Shown piece by piece: positions 22,740 to 35,379 of a stretch of 64,000 nucleotides of DNA (position 1 is the first letter of the stretch; the number at the start of each line of letters is the position of its first letter). The notes below the pieces were generated by a model. That model did not search any database and was not told the DNA's origin. It was given only the letters and a program-made list of their open reading frames with translations. The stretch is from Octopus sinensis. Lineage: Eukaryota. Made by a program: the position numbers and the translations under genes. The stretch lies in the NCBI RefSeq assembly GCF_006345805.1, contig NC_042998.1, positions 148,676,001-148,740,000 of the forward strand, given 5' to 3'.

Positions 22740-24310
22740 ATTATCATTCAGTGGTTTTATTTTTATAACGTGCTTTCACTTCACTAAGGAGCGCAGCTCT
22801 GTGTGCCTTGGGTATGTGCTGTGATTTGTTGTGATGCTCTGATGGTTACTGTATTGAATGTGTTATGAGGATGTGTGCAGTGCCTAGTAGTGCTATTTTC
22901 TGTATGTTATATGTGTTTGTAAGTCCTGGTGTTTTTGTTATGTATTTGTCTGAATATTTTTTTATCATGCCTAATGCAGCTACTATGATAGGAATTGTTT
23001 CTGTTTTTACATTCCACATTCTAGTTACCTCTATTTCCAGGTCTTTGTATTTTGAAAGCTTCTCCATTTCTTTTAGAGACACGTTGTCATCTGCTGGTAT
23101 TGATACATCAACTAGAATTCATTTTTTTTTCTTCGTGATCTCTGACAACTATATCTGGTCTGTTGGCCTTAATTTCTCTATCTGTGTGTATTGGCATATC
23201 CCAGAGTATGGTTGCTTTCTCGTTTTCTGTGACCTTTTCTGGTGTGTGCCTATACCATCTTTTTTCTGTTGTTATTCCATAATGTTGGCATAGCTTCCAG
23301 TGTATGTAGCTCCCAACTCTGTCGTGTCTGTTAATATATTCCTTCTTAGCCAGGACTGGGCAGCCAGAGATAACATGATTTATTGTTTCTTGTCCAACTC
23401 CACATATTCTGCAGTTACTTGTTATATTTCTTTTCATTACATGTTTTTGGTAATTTCTGATGGGGAGGCTTTGGTCTTGTGCTGCAATTAAAAATCCCTC
23501 CGTCTCTGCTTTGAGTCCCGAGCTTCTCAACCATTGCTGGGATTTTTCTTTGTCTATTTCTTTTGCATTTAATTTAGTCCAGTACTTGCCATGAAGGGGC
23601 TTTTCTTGCCATCGTTTTATCATGGTCCGTTGCTGTTCTAGTTTTAGTTTTGATTTCATTTGCTTTATAGCTTTTGTCGTGTCTTCTTCTTCTTCTTTCA
23701 ATTTTTTTGTTTTGCTCGTGTTTTGCCGCTATTTGTATCAGTTTTCCTTACTTCTGAAGTAGGTATTTTTGTAGCCCTATGGTGGTTATTTTATAGTCAT
23801 TTTCCAGATTTGTAAGGTCTCTACCACCTTCTATACGTTGTATATATAGCCTTTCTATGTCAGATTTTGGGTGATGCATCCTAGATCCTGTCATTATTTT
23901 TCTTGTTTTCCTATCTATTTTGGTTAGTTCATTTAGTGTCCAGTTAAGGATATTGTAGCTGTAACTTATAACTGGGACGGCTAAAGTGTTGATACCTATT
24001 ATCGTGTTTTTAGCATTCAGCTCTGTTTTTAGTATTGATCTGACTCGTCTATAGTATTCTTTCTTTATTTTCTCTTTCATTTGTGTGTTTTGTGTCTTAT
24101 CTAGTTCATGTATTCCTAAATATTTGTAAGTTTGGCTTTGGTCTAATTCTCTTATTTCATTGGCTTTATCTAGTGCTACTCTAGTGTTTCGAGGATCCAT
24201 GTGTGGGGTATGCTATCAAACGCCTTTCTGTAGTCGATCCAGGCCATACTGAGGCCTTTCTTCTTTCTGTGGCTGTCTTCAGTTATGGCTTTATTAATCA
24301 TTAGTTGATC

Positions 24311-24377
<67 letters not shown>

Positions 24378-24391
24378 TATTATTATTATTA

Positions 24392-24426
<35 letters not shown>

Positions 24427-24714
24427 AATGGTAAGTAGACAATACGAAAAGCGCCCCTTGTGCTCTTCTGGAAACAGGTTGATTTCGTCCAGGTGCTTGT
24501 TCAATCTTTGTGATATTACTGCAGTGAATGCTTTGTACATTGTAGGGAGACAAGTTATAGGTCTGTAGCTTTCTGGTTTTGCTGTCTCATTGGATTTGGG
24601 AATTAAGATGGTTTTCCCCTTCGTGAGCCATTCATGCATTGTCTCTGGCTCTGCCAGTATGTTGTTAACGTTTTCAGCCAGCTTTTTGTGCATTCCTGTC
24701 AGATATTTCAAACA
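22740..24714 (-). pseudogene. R4/Dong-like retrotransposon, lineage A copy 1 (internally deleted)
   Basis: YRPITCLPTMYK, AWIDYRKAFDSIPH, YKYLG, WQEKPLHGKY, CRICG-x-HVISGC-x-RHD, RPDIVVRD, KLSKYKDLEIE; (ATT)n insertion at ~24312-24427; TAA tail. Confidence 0.92.
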
Positions 24715-26240
24715 GATTTCCATTATCAGGTCTTTATATTTACTAATCTTGTCAAATTCTTTCGCCGCTATATTGTGATCACAGGGAATACTCATGTCAA
24801 TTAATAAACACATCCTTTTTGTCTGATCTTTTATAATGATATCCGGTTTATTGGCTTTTATAGTCCTGTCGGTCTGCACGGGGAAGTCCCATAAAATCGA
24901 CACATTTTCTCCCTCAGTCACAGCTTCAGGATGATGTTTATACCATTTGTCAGCGGTTTTGATTTTATAATACCGACATATTGTCCAATGGCCGACTCTG
25001 TCATGTCTTGCTTTATATTCTGCAGGTGCTAAGACTCTACACCCTGAGATTAGGTGGTCTATTGTTTCAATCTCATCGTTACAGAACCGGCTCCATTTTT
25101 CATCACATTGGCTTGGTAGTTCCGGGTAAATAAGCTTTGGTCTTGAGCAGCTAATATGAAACCTTCACTCTCTGCTTTTAGCCCTGAACTCGTAACCATT
25201 GGTGCGTGTGTTTCTGGTCGACATCAGCTTGTTTGCTACGGGCCACATACTTGCCATGGAGAGGTTTCTGTTCCCGTCTGCTAGCTAAATGTTCATGTGC
25301 TTTTGTTTTTGCAATTAATTTTCTTTTCTTTGCAGCTGCAGTTGGCGCATTTCCTTCAGCCTGCTCAATCTGGTGGGTATCTAAGAGATCAGCAGCGAAT
25401 TTTTTGCTCTCTTTGAGAATAGAGTGAAGTTTTTTAGGTCTTTCATGTTTTTCAACAAGTTTTAGCATCCAATCGTTGGTTGCTTCAAGGTATTTGGCCA
25501 GTTCGATTGTTGTGGTTTTGTATGTAAGTTCAAGCTGGAACAAACCTCGACCTCCCTGAGCTCTGGGAAGGTAAAGGCGATCCACGTCTGCCTTTGTATG
25601 GTGCATCTTATTACAAGCTAGTAGCTTGCGGATTTTCCTATCAATTTTCATTATTTCACTAGTATTTCAGTTAAGCACATTGAAGCTATAAAGAACAACT
25701 GGTACTGCTAAGGAATTTATGGCTAAAACCTTATTATATGCATTCAGCTCAGACTTCAGGAATGCTCGAACTCTTCTATAACATTCTTTTCTAACCTTCT
25801 CTTTCATGCTTGCATGCTGGATACCAGAGCCTTCATTTATTCCTAGGTATTTATTTGAGTTCCTGCTCAAGTTCCTTTATTACTATTTCGACATCTAATT
25901 CGATTGAACTAGACTTTACCAATTTCCCTTTCTTAAAAGTGGCTTTGGCACACTTTATAAGGCCAAACTCCATCTTGATATCATCACTGAATCCTTTCAC
26001 AGTATGTAATAATCCTTCAAGCTCTTCATCGTCTTTGCCATATAGCTTTAAGACATCCATATAAAATAGATGGCTTATTTTCTTGTCAATTTTGTAGCCA
26101 TATCCTGTTCTATTCAGTTCACTTGAGAGATGAATGCTTTGTACGTTGCAGAATATTAGTGGTGAAAATTCCACAGTTTATGCCAATGTTGTTTGAGTGG
26201 AATACTCCATTAGAATGATATAATTGGAGCTTCGTGTTCC
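24715..26240 (-). pseudogene. R4/Dong-like retrotransposon, lineage D copy 1
   Basis: HLFYMDVLKLY (RT YMDD), KYLG, RLYLPRAQGGRGL, KPLHGKY, ILWDFPVQTDRTIKANKPDII, LLIDMSIP; frameshifted. Confidence 0.92.
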
Positions 26241-26312
26241 ATAGTGACATATTATACGTTAAAAAATCTGAAATCACAGGAGAAATTTTGAAAATGTCCA
26301 GCGATTTCAGAA

Positions 26313-26315
<3 letters not shown>

Positions 26316-26346
<31 letters not shown>

Positions 26347-26660
26347 CCATCACCACAATCACCACCACCACCACCACCACCACCATCACCACCATCATCA
26401 TCATCATCATCATCATTATTATCATTATTATTATTATTGTTATTATTATTATTATTGTTGTTGTTGTTGTTGTTATTGTTATTGTTGTTGTTATTTTTAT
26501 TATTGTTGTTATTATTATTAGTATTATTATTACTGTTGTTGTTATTGTTGTTATTTTTATTGTTATTGTTGTTGTTGTTGTTATTTTTAATAATGTTGTT
26601 GTTGTTTTTATTATTATTATTATTATTATCATTATTATTATTAATACTATTGTTATTATT
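26316..26660. repeat. Compound CAT/CAC/ATT/GTT trinucleotide array
   Basis: Direct reading. Confidence 0.95.
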
Positions 26661-26666
26661 ACTAAA

Positions 26667-26880
26667 GTGGTTGGCCGCAGAATCGCTTGCACGTCGTATA
26701 AAATGCTTTGCGAGATGTATTCCGATTCTATACATTCTAAGTTCAAATTTGGCCAAAGTCGACTTTCTCTTTTGCTTTTTTGGGGGTCGACAAAATACGT
26801 ACCAGTAGTGTACACAGGTCGAGATAATCGACAAGTTCATTCTACCAAAAGTTTCAGTCATTGTGCCTAAACTAGAAAAA
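26667..26880 (+). mobile_element. SINE family B, diverged
   Basis: GCAGAATCGCTTGCACG...GTTCAAATTTGGCCAAAGTCGACTTT...GGGGTCGACAAAATACGTACCAG. Confidence 0.75.
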
Positions 26881-26884
26881 CACC

Positions 26885-27990
26885 ATTATTATTTATTGTT
26901 TTTGCACAACTTCTAACGCTGGAGATGTAATACGGTGCCAGCGGTTCACTACCAGTGAACTAAGGTAACACCTCTTATTTCCCGAGCACCATCCGGGGTA
27001 TTCGAGCAGTTACAAGCAGTACTATTTTTTGCAAGTGCTCCACCCTTATTGCAGCCGCTATTTGTTCCATGTACCATTTTTTTCAGCGACCGCAACTGCT
27101 TTACCTCCCAAGCTTATCTGTCATATCTATCGACTTTTCTTTCTTCCTTATCGCACACATTTTTGTGAGCTGGACATGCTATACCTATGATCCAGCATCC
27201 TTTGTTTTCTTTCTCAATTAACACTATGTTTGGTTTCCTATTCTCTATCGCATGGTCGCACATAATCATAAAATCCCGTAGGATCTTTGCATTCGGGTTT
27301 ATGTTCGTACCACTTTTTTGGTCTGTCAAGTCCATACTTGTTGCAAAGTGTCCAATGGACAATCTTTGCTATATGACGTCTCTAATATTCTTTCTGGGCG
27401 AGTGGCGTACATTGACTGGTGATATGCCATACGATTTCACCATTTTGTCCAAAATTCTGCACTTATCACTTTCTGATTTGTTGTCTATTTTGTATTTGAT
27501 ATAATTCGTTCTTAATGCTTGCACTTGGGAAGCACAAATTAGAGCCTCCATTTCCGGTTTTAAATCCTCTTTAGTCATCGATAGCCATCTTTTTTCTCTG
27601 CCTGTCGTATCTTCAATATCCCTATGAATTTATCCATGCATTCTTTTCTTTATCCACCTATTTTCAGTTTCATTCATAATCAAGTCCCTGTACAATGCTT
27701 TATCTTCGCAATCTTCCATCCTACACAAGCCTGACCTTCTTCCAAAGATAGTGGTTCTGTAGCATTTTTTTACAAACCATGCTATGTTGTTTTCCTCTGC
27801 TCTAATGCTGTGTTCGCATCCAGTCAGTCGTCTTCCCACTTATCTGTGTCACTTTTGGGGTGGAGTATCCCATATATAGTCAGCAACTTCCTTGTCATTC
27901 TGTCTAAGTGGTTCGTCTACTATCGATGCGATTACCCCTGCTCCATATCTAAGTAGTGAAACCGCCCAGGTGTTGATAGCGTCAATCTTA
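26885..27990 (-). pseudogene. R4/Dong-like retrotransposon, lineage B, thumb to 3' end
   Basis: AINTWAVSLLRYGAG, EALICASQVQALRTNYIK, RKPNIVLIEK, LQKIVLLVTARI, then a 3'UTR ending in AATAAATAATAAT. Confidence 0.85.
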
Positions 27991-28292
27991 TTTCATTTGC
28001 TTTATCTAGTGTGATGTTGCTACTCTTAACTAGTTTTCCTCTTTTCAGGGTTACTTTGGCGCATTTTTCTAATCCAAATTTCATATCTAAATCCATGAAC
28101 TGTCTTTAGTAGTGTTTCCAGCTGTTTATCATTTGTAGCGTATAGTTTTGGGCCATCCATATATAAAAGGTGACTGATCGTTTTGCCGTAACATTTATAT
28201 CCGCATCAAGTTCTATTTAGCATATCAGATAGAGGTGACAGTGCCAATCAGAAAAGGAGTGGAGAGAGCGTGTCTCCCTGGAATATTCCTCT
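27991..28292 (-). pseudogene. R4/Dong-like RT core fragment (lineage A)
   Basis: GIFQGDTLSPLLF and HLLYMDG (RT motifs); continues into KGKLVKS...LDKANEI. Confidence 0.88.
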
Positions 28293-28321
28293 TCATTATT
28301 ATTGTTATTATTATTATTATT

Positions 28322-30030
28322 ATTCAGTAGTTTTATTTTTATAGCGTGCTTTCACTTCACTAAGGAGCGCAGCTCTGTGTGCCTTGGGTATGTGCTGTGA
28401 TTTGTTGTGATGCTCTGATGGTTATTGTATGGAAAGTGTTCTGCGTAGGATTTGTGCAGTGCCTAGTAGTGCAATTTTCTGTATGTTATATGTGTTTGTA
28501 AGTCCTGGTGTTTTTGTTATGTATTTGTCTGAATATTTTTTATCATGCCTAATGCACCTACTATGATAGGAATTGTTTCTGTTTTCACATTCCACATTCT
28601 AGTTACCTCTATTTCCAGGTCTTTGTATTTTGAAAGTTTCTCCATTTCTTTTAGAGACACGTTGTCATCTGCCGGTATTGATACATCAATTAGAAAGCAT
28701 TTTTTTTCTTCATGATCTCTGACAACTATATCTGGTCTGTTGGCCTTAATTTCTCTATCTGTGTGTATCGGCATATCCCAGAGTATGGTTGCTTTCTCGT
28801 TTTCTGTGACCTTTTCTGGTGTGTGCCTATACCATCTTTTTTCTGTTGTTATTCCATAATGTTGGCATAGCTTCCAATGTATGTAGGTTCCAACTCTGTC
28901 ATGTCTGTGAATATATTCCTTCTTAGACAGGACTGAGCAGCTAGAGATAATATGATTTATTGTTTCTTGTCCAACTCCACATATTCTGCAGTTACTTGTT
29001 ATATTTCTTTTCATTACATGTTTTTGGTAATTTCTGGTGGGGAGGCTTTGGTCTTGTGCTGCAATTAAAAATCCCTCTGTTTCTGCTTTGGGTCCTGAGC
29101 TTCTCAACCATTACTGGGATTTTTCTTTGTCTATTTCTTTTGCGTTTAGTTTAGTCCAGTATTTACCATGAAGGGGCTTTTCTTGCCATCGTTTTATCAT
29201 GGTTCGTTGCTGTTCTATTTTTAGTTTTGATTTCATTTGTTTTATAGCTTTTGTTGTTTGTTCTTCTTCTTCTTCTTCTTCTTCTTCTTCTTCTTCTTCT
29301 TCTTCTTCTTCTTCTTCTTCTTCTTCTTCTTCTTCTTCTTCTTCTTCTTCTTCTTCTTCTTCTTCTTCTTCTTCTTCTTCTTCTTCTTCATGTTTATTAG
29401 GTGGTATGATTTCTTGTTTGTATTTGTCAGCTTCCTTAAATACTGAGAACAGTTTTTTGTTTTGCTCGTGTTTTGCCGCTATCTGGATCAGTTTTCCTTC
29501 CTTCTGAAGTAGATATTTTTGCAGTCCTATGGTGGTTATTTTATAGTAGTTTTCCAGCTGTATAAGGCCTCTACCACCTTCTATACGTTGTATATATAGT
29601 CTTTCTATGTCAGATTTTGGGTGATGCATCCTAGATCCTGTCATTATTTTTCTTGTTTTCCTATCTATTTTGGTCAGTTCATTTCGTGTCCAGTTAAGGA
29701 TATTGTAGCTGTAACTTATAACTGGGACAGCTAAAGTGTTGATACCTATTATCTTGTTTTTAGCATTCAGCTCTGTTTTTAGTATTGATCTAACTCGTCT
29801 ATAATATTCTTTTTTTATTTTTTCTTTCATTTGTGTGTGTTGTGTCTTATCTAGTTCATGTATTCCTAAGTATTTGTAAGTTTGGCTTTGGTCTAATTCT
29901 TTTATTTCATTGGTTTTATCTAGTATGATGTTGTTACTCTTAACTAGTTTTCCTCTTTTCATGGTTACTTTGGCGCATTTTTCTAATCCAAATTTCATAT
30001 CTATTTCTTTGGTAAATCCATGAACTGTCT
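28322..30030 (-). pseudogene. R4/Dong-like retrotransposon, lineage A copy 2 (RT end to 3'UTR)
   Basis: ORFs 29111..29998 and 28517..29107: KFGLEKCAK, YKYLG, CRICG...HIISSC...RHD, RPDIVVRD...FLIDVSIP...KYKDLEIE; complete 3'UTR and TAA tail. Confidence 0.94.
29261..29389 (-). repeat. Pure (GAA)43 tract, in frame (poly-Glu) within the retrotransposon ORF
   Basis: 129 bp of TTC on the plus strand between His and Gln codons. Confidence 0.95.
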
Positions 30031-30249
30031 TTAATGAAAATTAAATTGAAAATTAAAGACTAATGATGTTATTTCGTCAAGTGGGAACACATGATTCCTT
30101 CGTTCAAACTTTTGAATTTGAATTTCTATAATTTTGAATTTATATGTATCACTTTTCATTTTGAACTCGATAAAGACAGGCAAGCTTTCGAAATATCGTT
30201 CAAACTAATGAAATATTCGTTGCAATCGCATCGTGCTCTTCGTTTGGTC

Positions 30250-30315
30250 TATTATTATTATTATTATTATTATTTATTATTATTATTATTATTATTATCA
30301 TTATTATTATTATTA

Positions 30316-30364
<49 letters not shown>

Positions 30365-30385
30365 TACTATTACTATTACTATTAC

Positions 30386-30422
<37 letters not shown>

Positions 30423-30524
30423 TATTACTATTATTATTACTATTATTATTACTATTATTATTACTATTACTATTATTATTACTATTATTATTACTATTAC
30501 TATTATTATTACTATTATTATTAC

Positions 30525-30563
<39 letters not shown>

Positions 30564-30578
30564 TACTATTACTATTAC

Positions 30579-30626
<48 letters not shown>

Positions 30627-30846
30627 CATTATTATTATTATTACTATTATTATTTCTATTATTATTACTATTATTATTACTATTACTATTATTATTACTA
30701 TTATTATTACTATTACTATTATTATTACTATTATTATTACTATTATTATTATTATTATTATTATTATTTATTATTATTACTATTATTATTACTATTATTA
30801 TTACTATTACTATTACTATTACTATTATTATTACTATTATTATTAC

Positions 30847-30885
<39 letters not shown>

Positions 30886-30900
30886 TACTATTACTATTAC

Positions 30901-30930
<30 letters not shown>
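30250..30930. repeat. ~680-bp (ATT)n/(ACT) array with higher-order periodicity
   Basis: Direct reading; abuts the 3' end of the lineage E element. Confidence 0.95.
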
Positions 30931-30931
<1 letters not shown>

Positions 30932-33570
30932 ATATGTTTGACTTTTGCTTTATGTCTGTACAAGTTGGCTCCAAGTCTCACCCAGAGACCTCAAGAGACA
31001 ACAGGTTGGAAGTTCACGTTGTTGTTATGCCTAGTGTGCCATATATTTGGGTGGGGTGTTGTACTAGTGAATGTCTAATACATAAAAAAAGTTTGTTTTA
31101 AACCTTGGGATTACATAGAGAGTATTTTGCGTAGGATATGAGCAGTTCCCATGAGCACTATCTTTTGAATTTCTGCCATTTTGGGGTTTCCTGTTATCTG
31201 AGTTAGGTAGCAATCAGCCCCTTTCGCTATCATTCGCGGGGCACCTATGACAACAGGTATTGTTTTAGTCTTCAGCTTCCACATTTTGTTGATTTCTATT
31301 TCAAGATCTTTATATTTGCTCAGTTTTTGGTAGGTCTTGACAGATACGTTTATATCGATTGGGACAGTCATATCAATGAGGAGGCATGTTCTTTGTCTGA
31401 AGTCTTTCAATATGATGTCTGGCCTATTTGCATCTATCTTTCTGTCAGTTTGAATGGTGAAGTTCCAGAGGAGTGAGATGTGGTCATTTTCAAGCACTGG
31501 TGGTGGATTGTGTTCCCACCAGTTTTTTTTCATGGGGCAAATCCAGGTTTTTGCAAATTACCCGGCGAATATATTGTGCAGCTCTATCATGCCTGTTGAG
31601 GTACTGTGTAGGCGCTAGAAGTCTGCATTTGGAGACAACATGATCAATGGTTTCATTTTGTTGTCGGCATACACGACATGTTGGGCTACAGCCGTTCTTT
31701 AATATGTTGGCCTGGTAGTTTCTTGTTGGTAGGCATTGATCTTGAGCTGCTATGATAAGCCCCTCTGTTTCAGATTTTAAGCCAGAGGCCATTAGCCATT
31801 GATGGGTCAGGGCTTTGTCAATATCTGCATTATTCGCTCTCTTTTGGTATTTGCCATAGAGAGGTTTTTCTTGCCATTTATTATTCAGAATATCTAAGGC
31901 CACAGTTTTGGCACGGGTTTTCATGCGCCTAGCTTTTTCTGTGCTTGTTTCTTGTATGTCTATCTCTAATTCCGAAATTGGTTGTATTCGGAATTCACTT
32001 AGATATTCTTTTGCCTGTTTTGTTACTGAGTACGATGCTTTCTTGTTTTCATGTTTTGAGACAAGTTTTAACATCCAGTCCTCAGAGTTTTTCAGGTAGG
32101 TGTCTAGGCCAATTGTAGCAATCTTCATTGTTATTGCCAGTTGCAAAAGACCACGGCTTCCCTCTTTTCTTGGCAGATAAAGTCGTTCTGTATCTGCCTT
32201 AGGGTGCTGCATTCTATGCATTGTCAACAGTTTTCTTATTTTTCTGTCGAGGTGACATATTTCAGTAATTGACCAGTTAACGATATTGAAACTGTAAGTC
32301 ACGACTGGTATGGCTAATGCATTGATCGCTTCGATCCTGTTTCTTGCATTCAGCTCTGTCTTGAGTATTGCTCTCACTCTTCGATAACATTCTCTCCTGA
32401 TCCTTTCCTTCATCTCTGAATGCCTTATTCCGTTCCCTTCAATTGTCCCTAGGTACTTGTAGCTCTCCGCTGGGTCTAGTTCTTTTATGACATTCTGCTG
32501 GTCAAGGTTAACTTTAGATGTTTCTGTCATTTTTCCTTTGATAAAGGTAGCTTTTGCACATTTATCGAGGCCGAATTGCATTCTGATGTCGTCACTGAAT
32601 TGTTTGACTATCGCTAGTAAGCCCTTGAGTTGTTGGTCATTTTTTGCAAAAAGATTTAAATAATCCATCTAAATGAGATAATTTATATTTTTATCAAACA
32701 TTTTATACCCGTACTGCGCGTCATTGAGCAGTTTTGAGAGAAGTATTAAGGCTAAACAAAAGAGGAGTGGAGACAGTGAGTCACCCTGGAAAACGCCACA
32801 TGAAATGTTTACATCACCAGCATTTAGGGATTCATTGTCACTGTTCAGAGTTAGTGTGGTTCTCTATGATCTCATACTTACAGTCAAAAGGTTTCGCAGA
32901 GTAGGTGCTATCTTGTACATTTCCAGGCATTTCCTAATCCAGCTATGAGGTAGGCTATCAAAAGCCTTTTTATAGTCTATCCAGGCTATTGATAAGTTTT
33001 TGTGTCGTTTGTGACAATCTTCCAAGATCATCTTATTGATGAGTAGCTGATCTTTACAACCATAGGATCCACATTTACATCATTTCTGTTCATTAGGGAA
33101 TATGCTGCTGTCTTTTAAAAAACTATAAGTATATTCCGTCAGGACAGATGTTAGCGTTTTATACATAGTTGTTAAGCAGGTTATGGGTTTATAGTTTTTT
33201 GGTTCATTTGTTTCTTCACTTTTTGGAAGCAGGAATGTTAACCCATTAACTAGCCAAGGAGGCATCCTACTAGGGTTTTGCAAAACATCATTGTACAGTT
33301 CTGTTAGCAGTTCATGGCTCTCTGAGAAGGCATTCAGCCAGAAGTTAGGAATTTTATCCTTTCCTGGAGACTTCCATTTGCTTGACCTCCTGAGAGCAGA
33401 TCTTATATCTTCTACCTTGACCAGGGGGCCTTTTCTTTGTGTGTTTTTTCTTCTGCACAAATTTTATTCCAAAATCCCTGCACTTCTTCTTTTGATGGTA
33501 CAGACCTTACAGTAAACGCTGTTTTTTCCTGTCTTCCTGTAAAAATTCTTGGGGTTATTTTTGAACATGT
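30931..33570 (-). pseudogene. R4/Dong-like retrotransposon, lineage E, longest copy (pre-RT to 3'UTR)
   Basis: [44 protein letters not shown], 392-aa ORF 31490..32668, RLE ORF 31111..31533 (RPDIILKD, LIDMTVP, KYKDLEIE); disabled by frameshifts and deletion. Confidence 0.94.
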
Positions 33571-33581
33571 TGTTGTTGTTG

Positions 33582-33617
<36 letters not shown>

Positions 33618-33642
33618 TATTATTATTATTATTATTATTATT

Positions 33643-33840
33643 GGCAGAATCATTACCACGCTGTACGAAATGCTTAGTAGTATTTTGCCCCTCGCTACGT
33701 TCAATTTCTCTCGAGAGCGATTTTACCTTACATCCTTTCGGAGTCGATAAATTAAGTACCCATGAAACACTGGGGTCAATGTAATCGACTAGTCCTCTCC
33801 CCGAAAATTTCATACCTTGTGTCTATTGTAGAAAGGATTA
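33643..33840 (+). mobile_element. SINE family B within an (ATT)n array
   Basis: GGCAGAATCATTACCACG...CATCCTTTCGGAGTCGATAAATTAAGTACC. Confidence 0.8.
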
Positions 33841-33861
33841 TTTTTATCATTATTATTATTA

Positions 33862-33892
<31 letters not shown>

Positions 33893-33961
33893 ATTATTTT
33901 ATTATTATTATTATTATTATTATTATATTATTATTATTATATATTATTATTATTATTATTA

Positions 33962-34019
<58 letters not shown>

Positions 34020-34299
34020 TTCATTAGTATCTTCTTTCAATACTATTCCCATTTCTTGCCGAGTGTCTTTCTGACACCTAGGGTAGAGAAACGTACTGTA
34101 TACATTTGTAGGCCGTTAAAATAAACACATCAGATTGTTCATTTACAAAGTCATGTGATAGAAAATAAGGGGAAGACAGAGAAAAAGGAAAAAATAAAAA
34201 CAGAAAAGTTAACAACTAAAATAAAGGGGAAAAGGAATGAAATTTCACAGTGACAATGCTCATCTCAATACGTGTGACGTACCAGTCAAGCCAGTGATC

Positions 34300-34918
34300 A
34301 TTCTTAAATAATTCCAAGTGCTCCTACAATCACTAGTATTGCAGCCGTTTTGGGATGCCACATGTTTTCGATTTCGATTAACAAATCTTTATATTTTCTG
34401 AGCTTATCACATTCTTTTGCCGAGATATTATGGTCACAGGGTATGCTCATGTCAATCAATAAACAAACTTTATTGCTTTTGACTTTCACAACAAAATCTT
34501 GTTTATTTGCTTTGATAGTTAGGTCTCTATATACTGAGAATTTCCACAGAATAGTTACAACCTCATTTACAACCTTAAGGTGCTGTTTGTACTATTTGTC
34601 AGCAGTTTTGATTTTATAATGCCGACACATTATCCAATGTAGATATTGGCCAACTCTGTCATGTCTTGATATGTGTTCTGCAGGTGCTAAAACCTTACAT
34701 CCAGAGATTAGGTGGTCAGCTGTTTCTATCCCATCATTGCAGTATCGGCACTTTGAGTCTGTACCATTTTTCATCACATTGGCTTGATAGTTCCGGGTCA
34801 ATAATCTCTGATCCTGGGCAGCCAAGATAAAACCTTCACTCTCTGTCTTTAGCCCTGCGCTCCGTATCCACTGATGGTTGTGCTTCTGGTCTACATCTGC
34901 TTGTTTGCAATGAGCCAT
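34300..34918 (-). pseudogene. R4/Dong-like RLE fragment, lineage D copy 2
   Basis: ESEGFILAAQDQ, CRYC...HLISGC...RHDRVG, LLIDMSIPCDHNI...KYKDLLIEI; closely similar to 24715-25250. Confidence 0.9.
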
Positions 34919-34953
34919 ATGTTATTATTATTATTATCATCATTATTATTATA

Positions 34954-35375
34954 GGTGCGGGTGTGGCTGTTTGTTAAAAAGCTTGCTCCCCAACCACATG
35001 GTTCTGGGTTCAGTCAACCTGTGTGGCACCTTGAGCAAATGTCTTCTACTATTTCCTCGGGGCGACCAAAGCCTTGTGAGTGGATTTGTTAGACAGAAAC
35101 TGAAAGAAGCGCGTCGTATATATATATATATATACATGTGTGCGTGTACGTATGTGTGTGCGTGTGTGCGCGCGTGTGTGTTTGTGCCTGTGTTCGTCCC
35201 CTCATCACCGCTTGACAACCGGTGCTGGTGAGTTTACGTCCCCGTTACTTAAGGGTTCGGCAAAATAGACTGATAAAATAAGTATTAGGCTTCAAAAACA
35301 ATAAGTTCTGGAGTAGATTTGTTCAAGTCGGTGATCAGGCATGGCCATAGTCACATAACTGAAGCAAGTTAAAGA
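34954..35375 (+). mobile_element. SINE family A, full length
   Basis: Head, body, central TA/TG tract and tail all recognisable. Confidence 0.9.
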
Positions 35376-35379
35376 TTCT

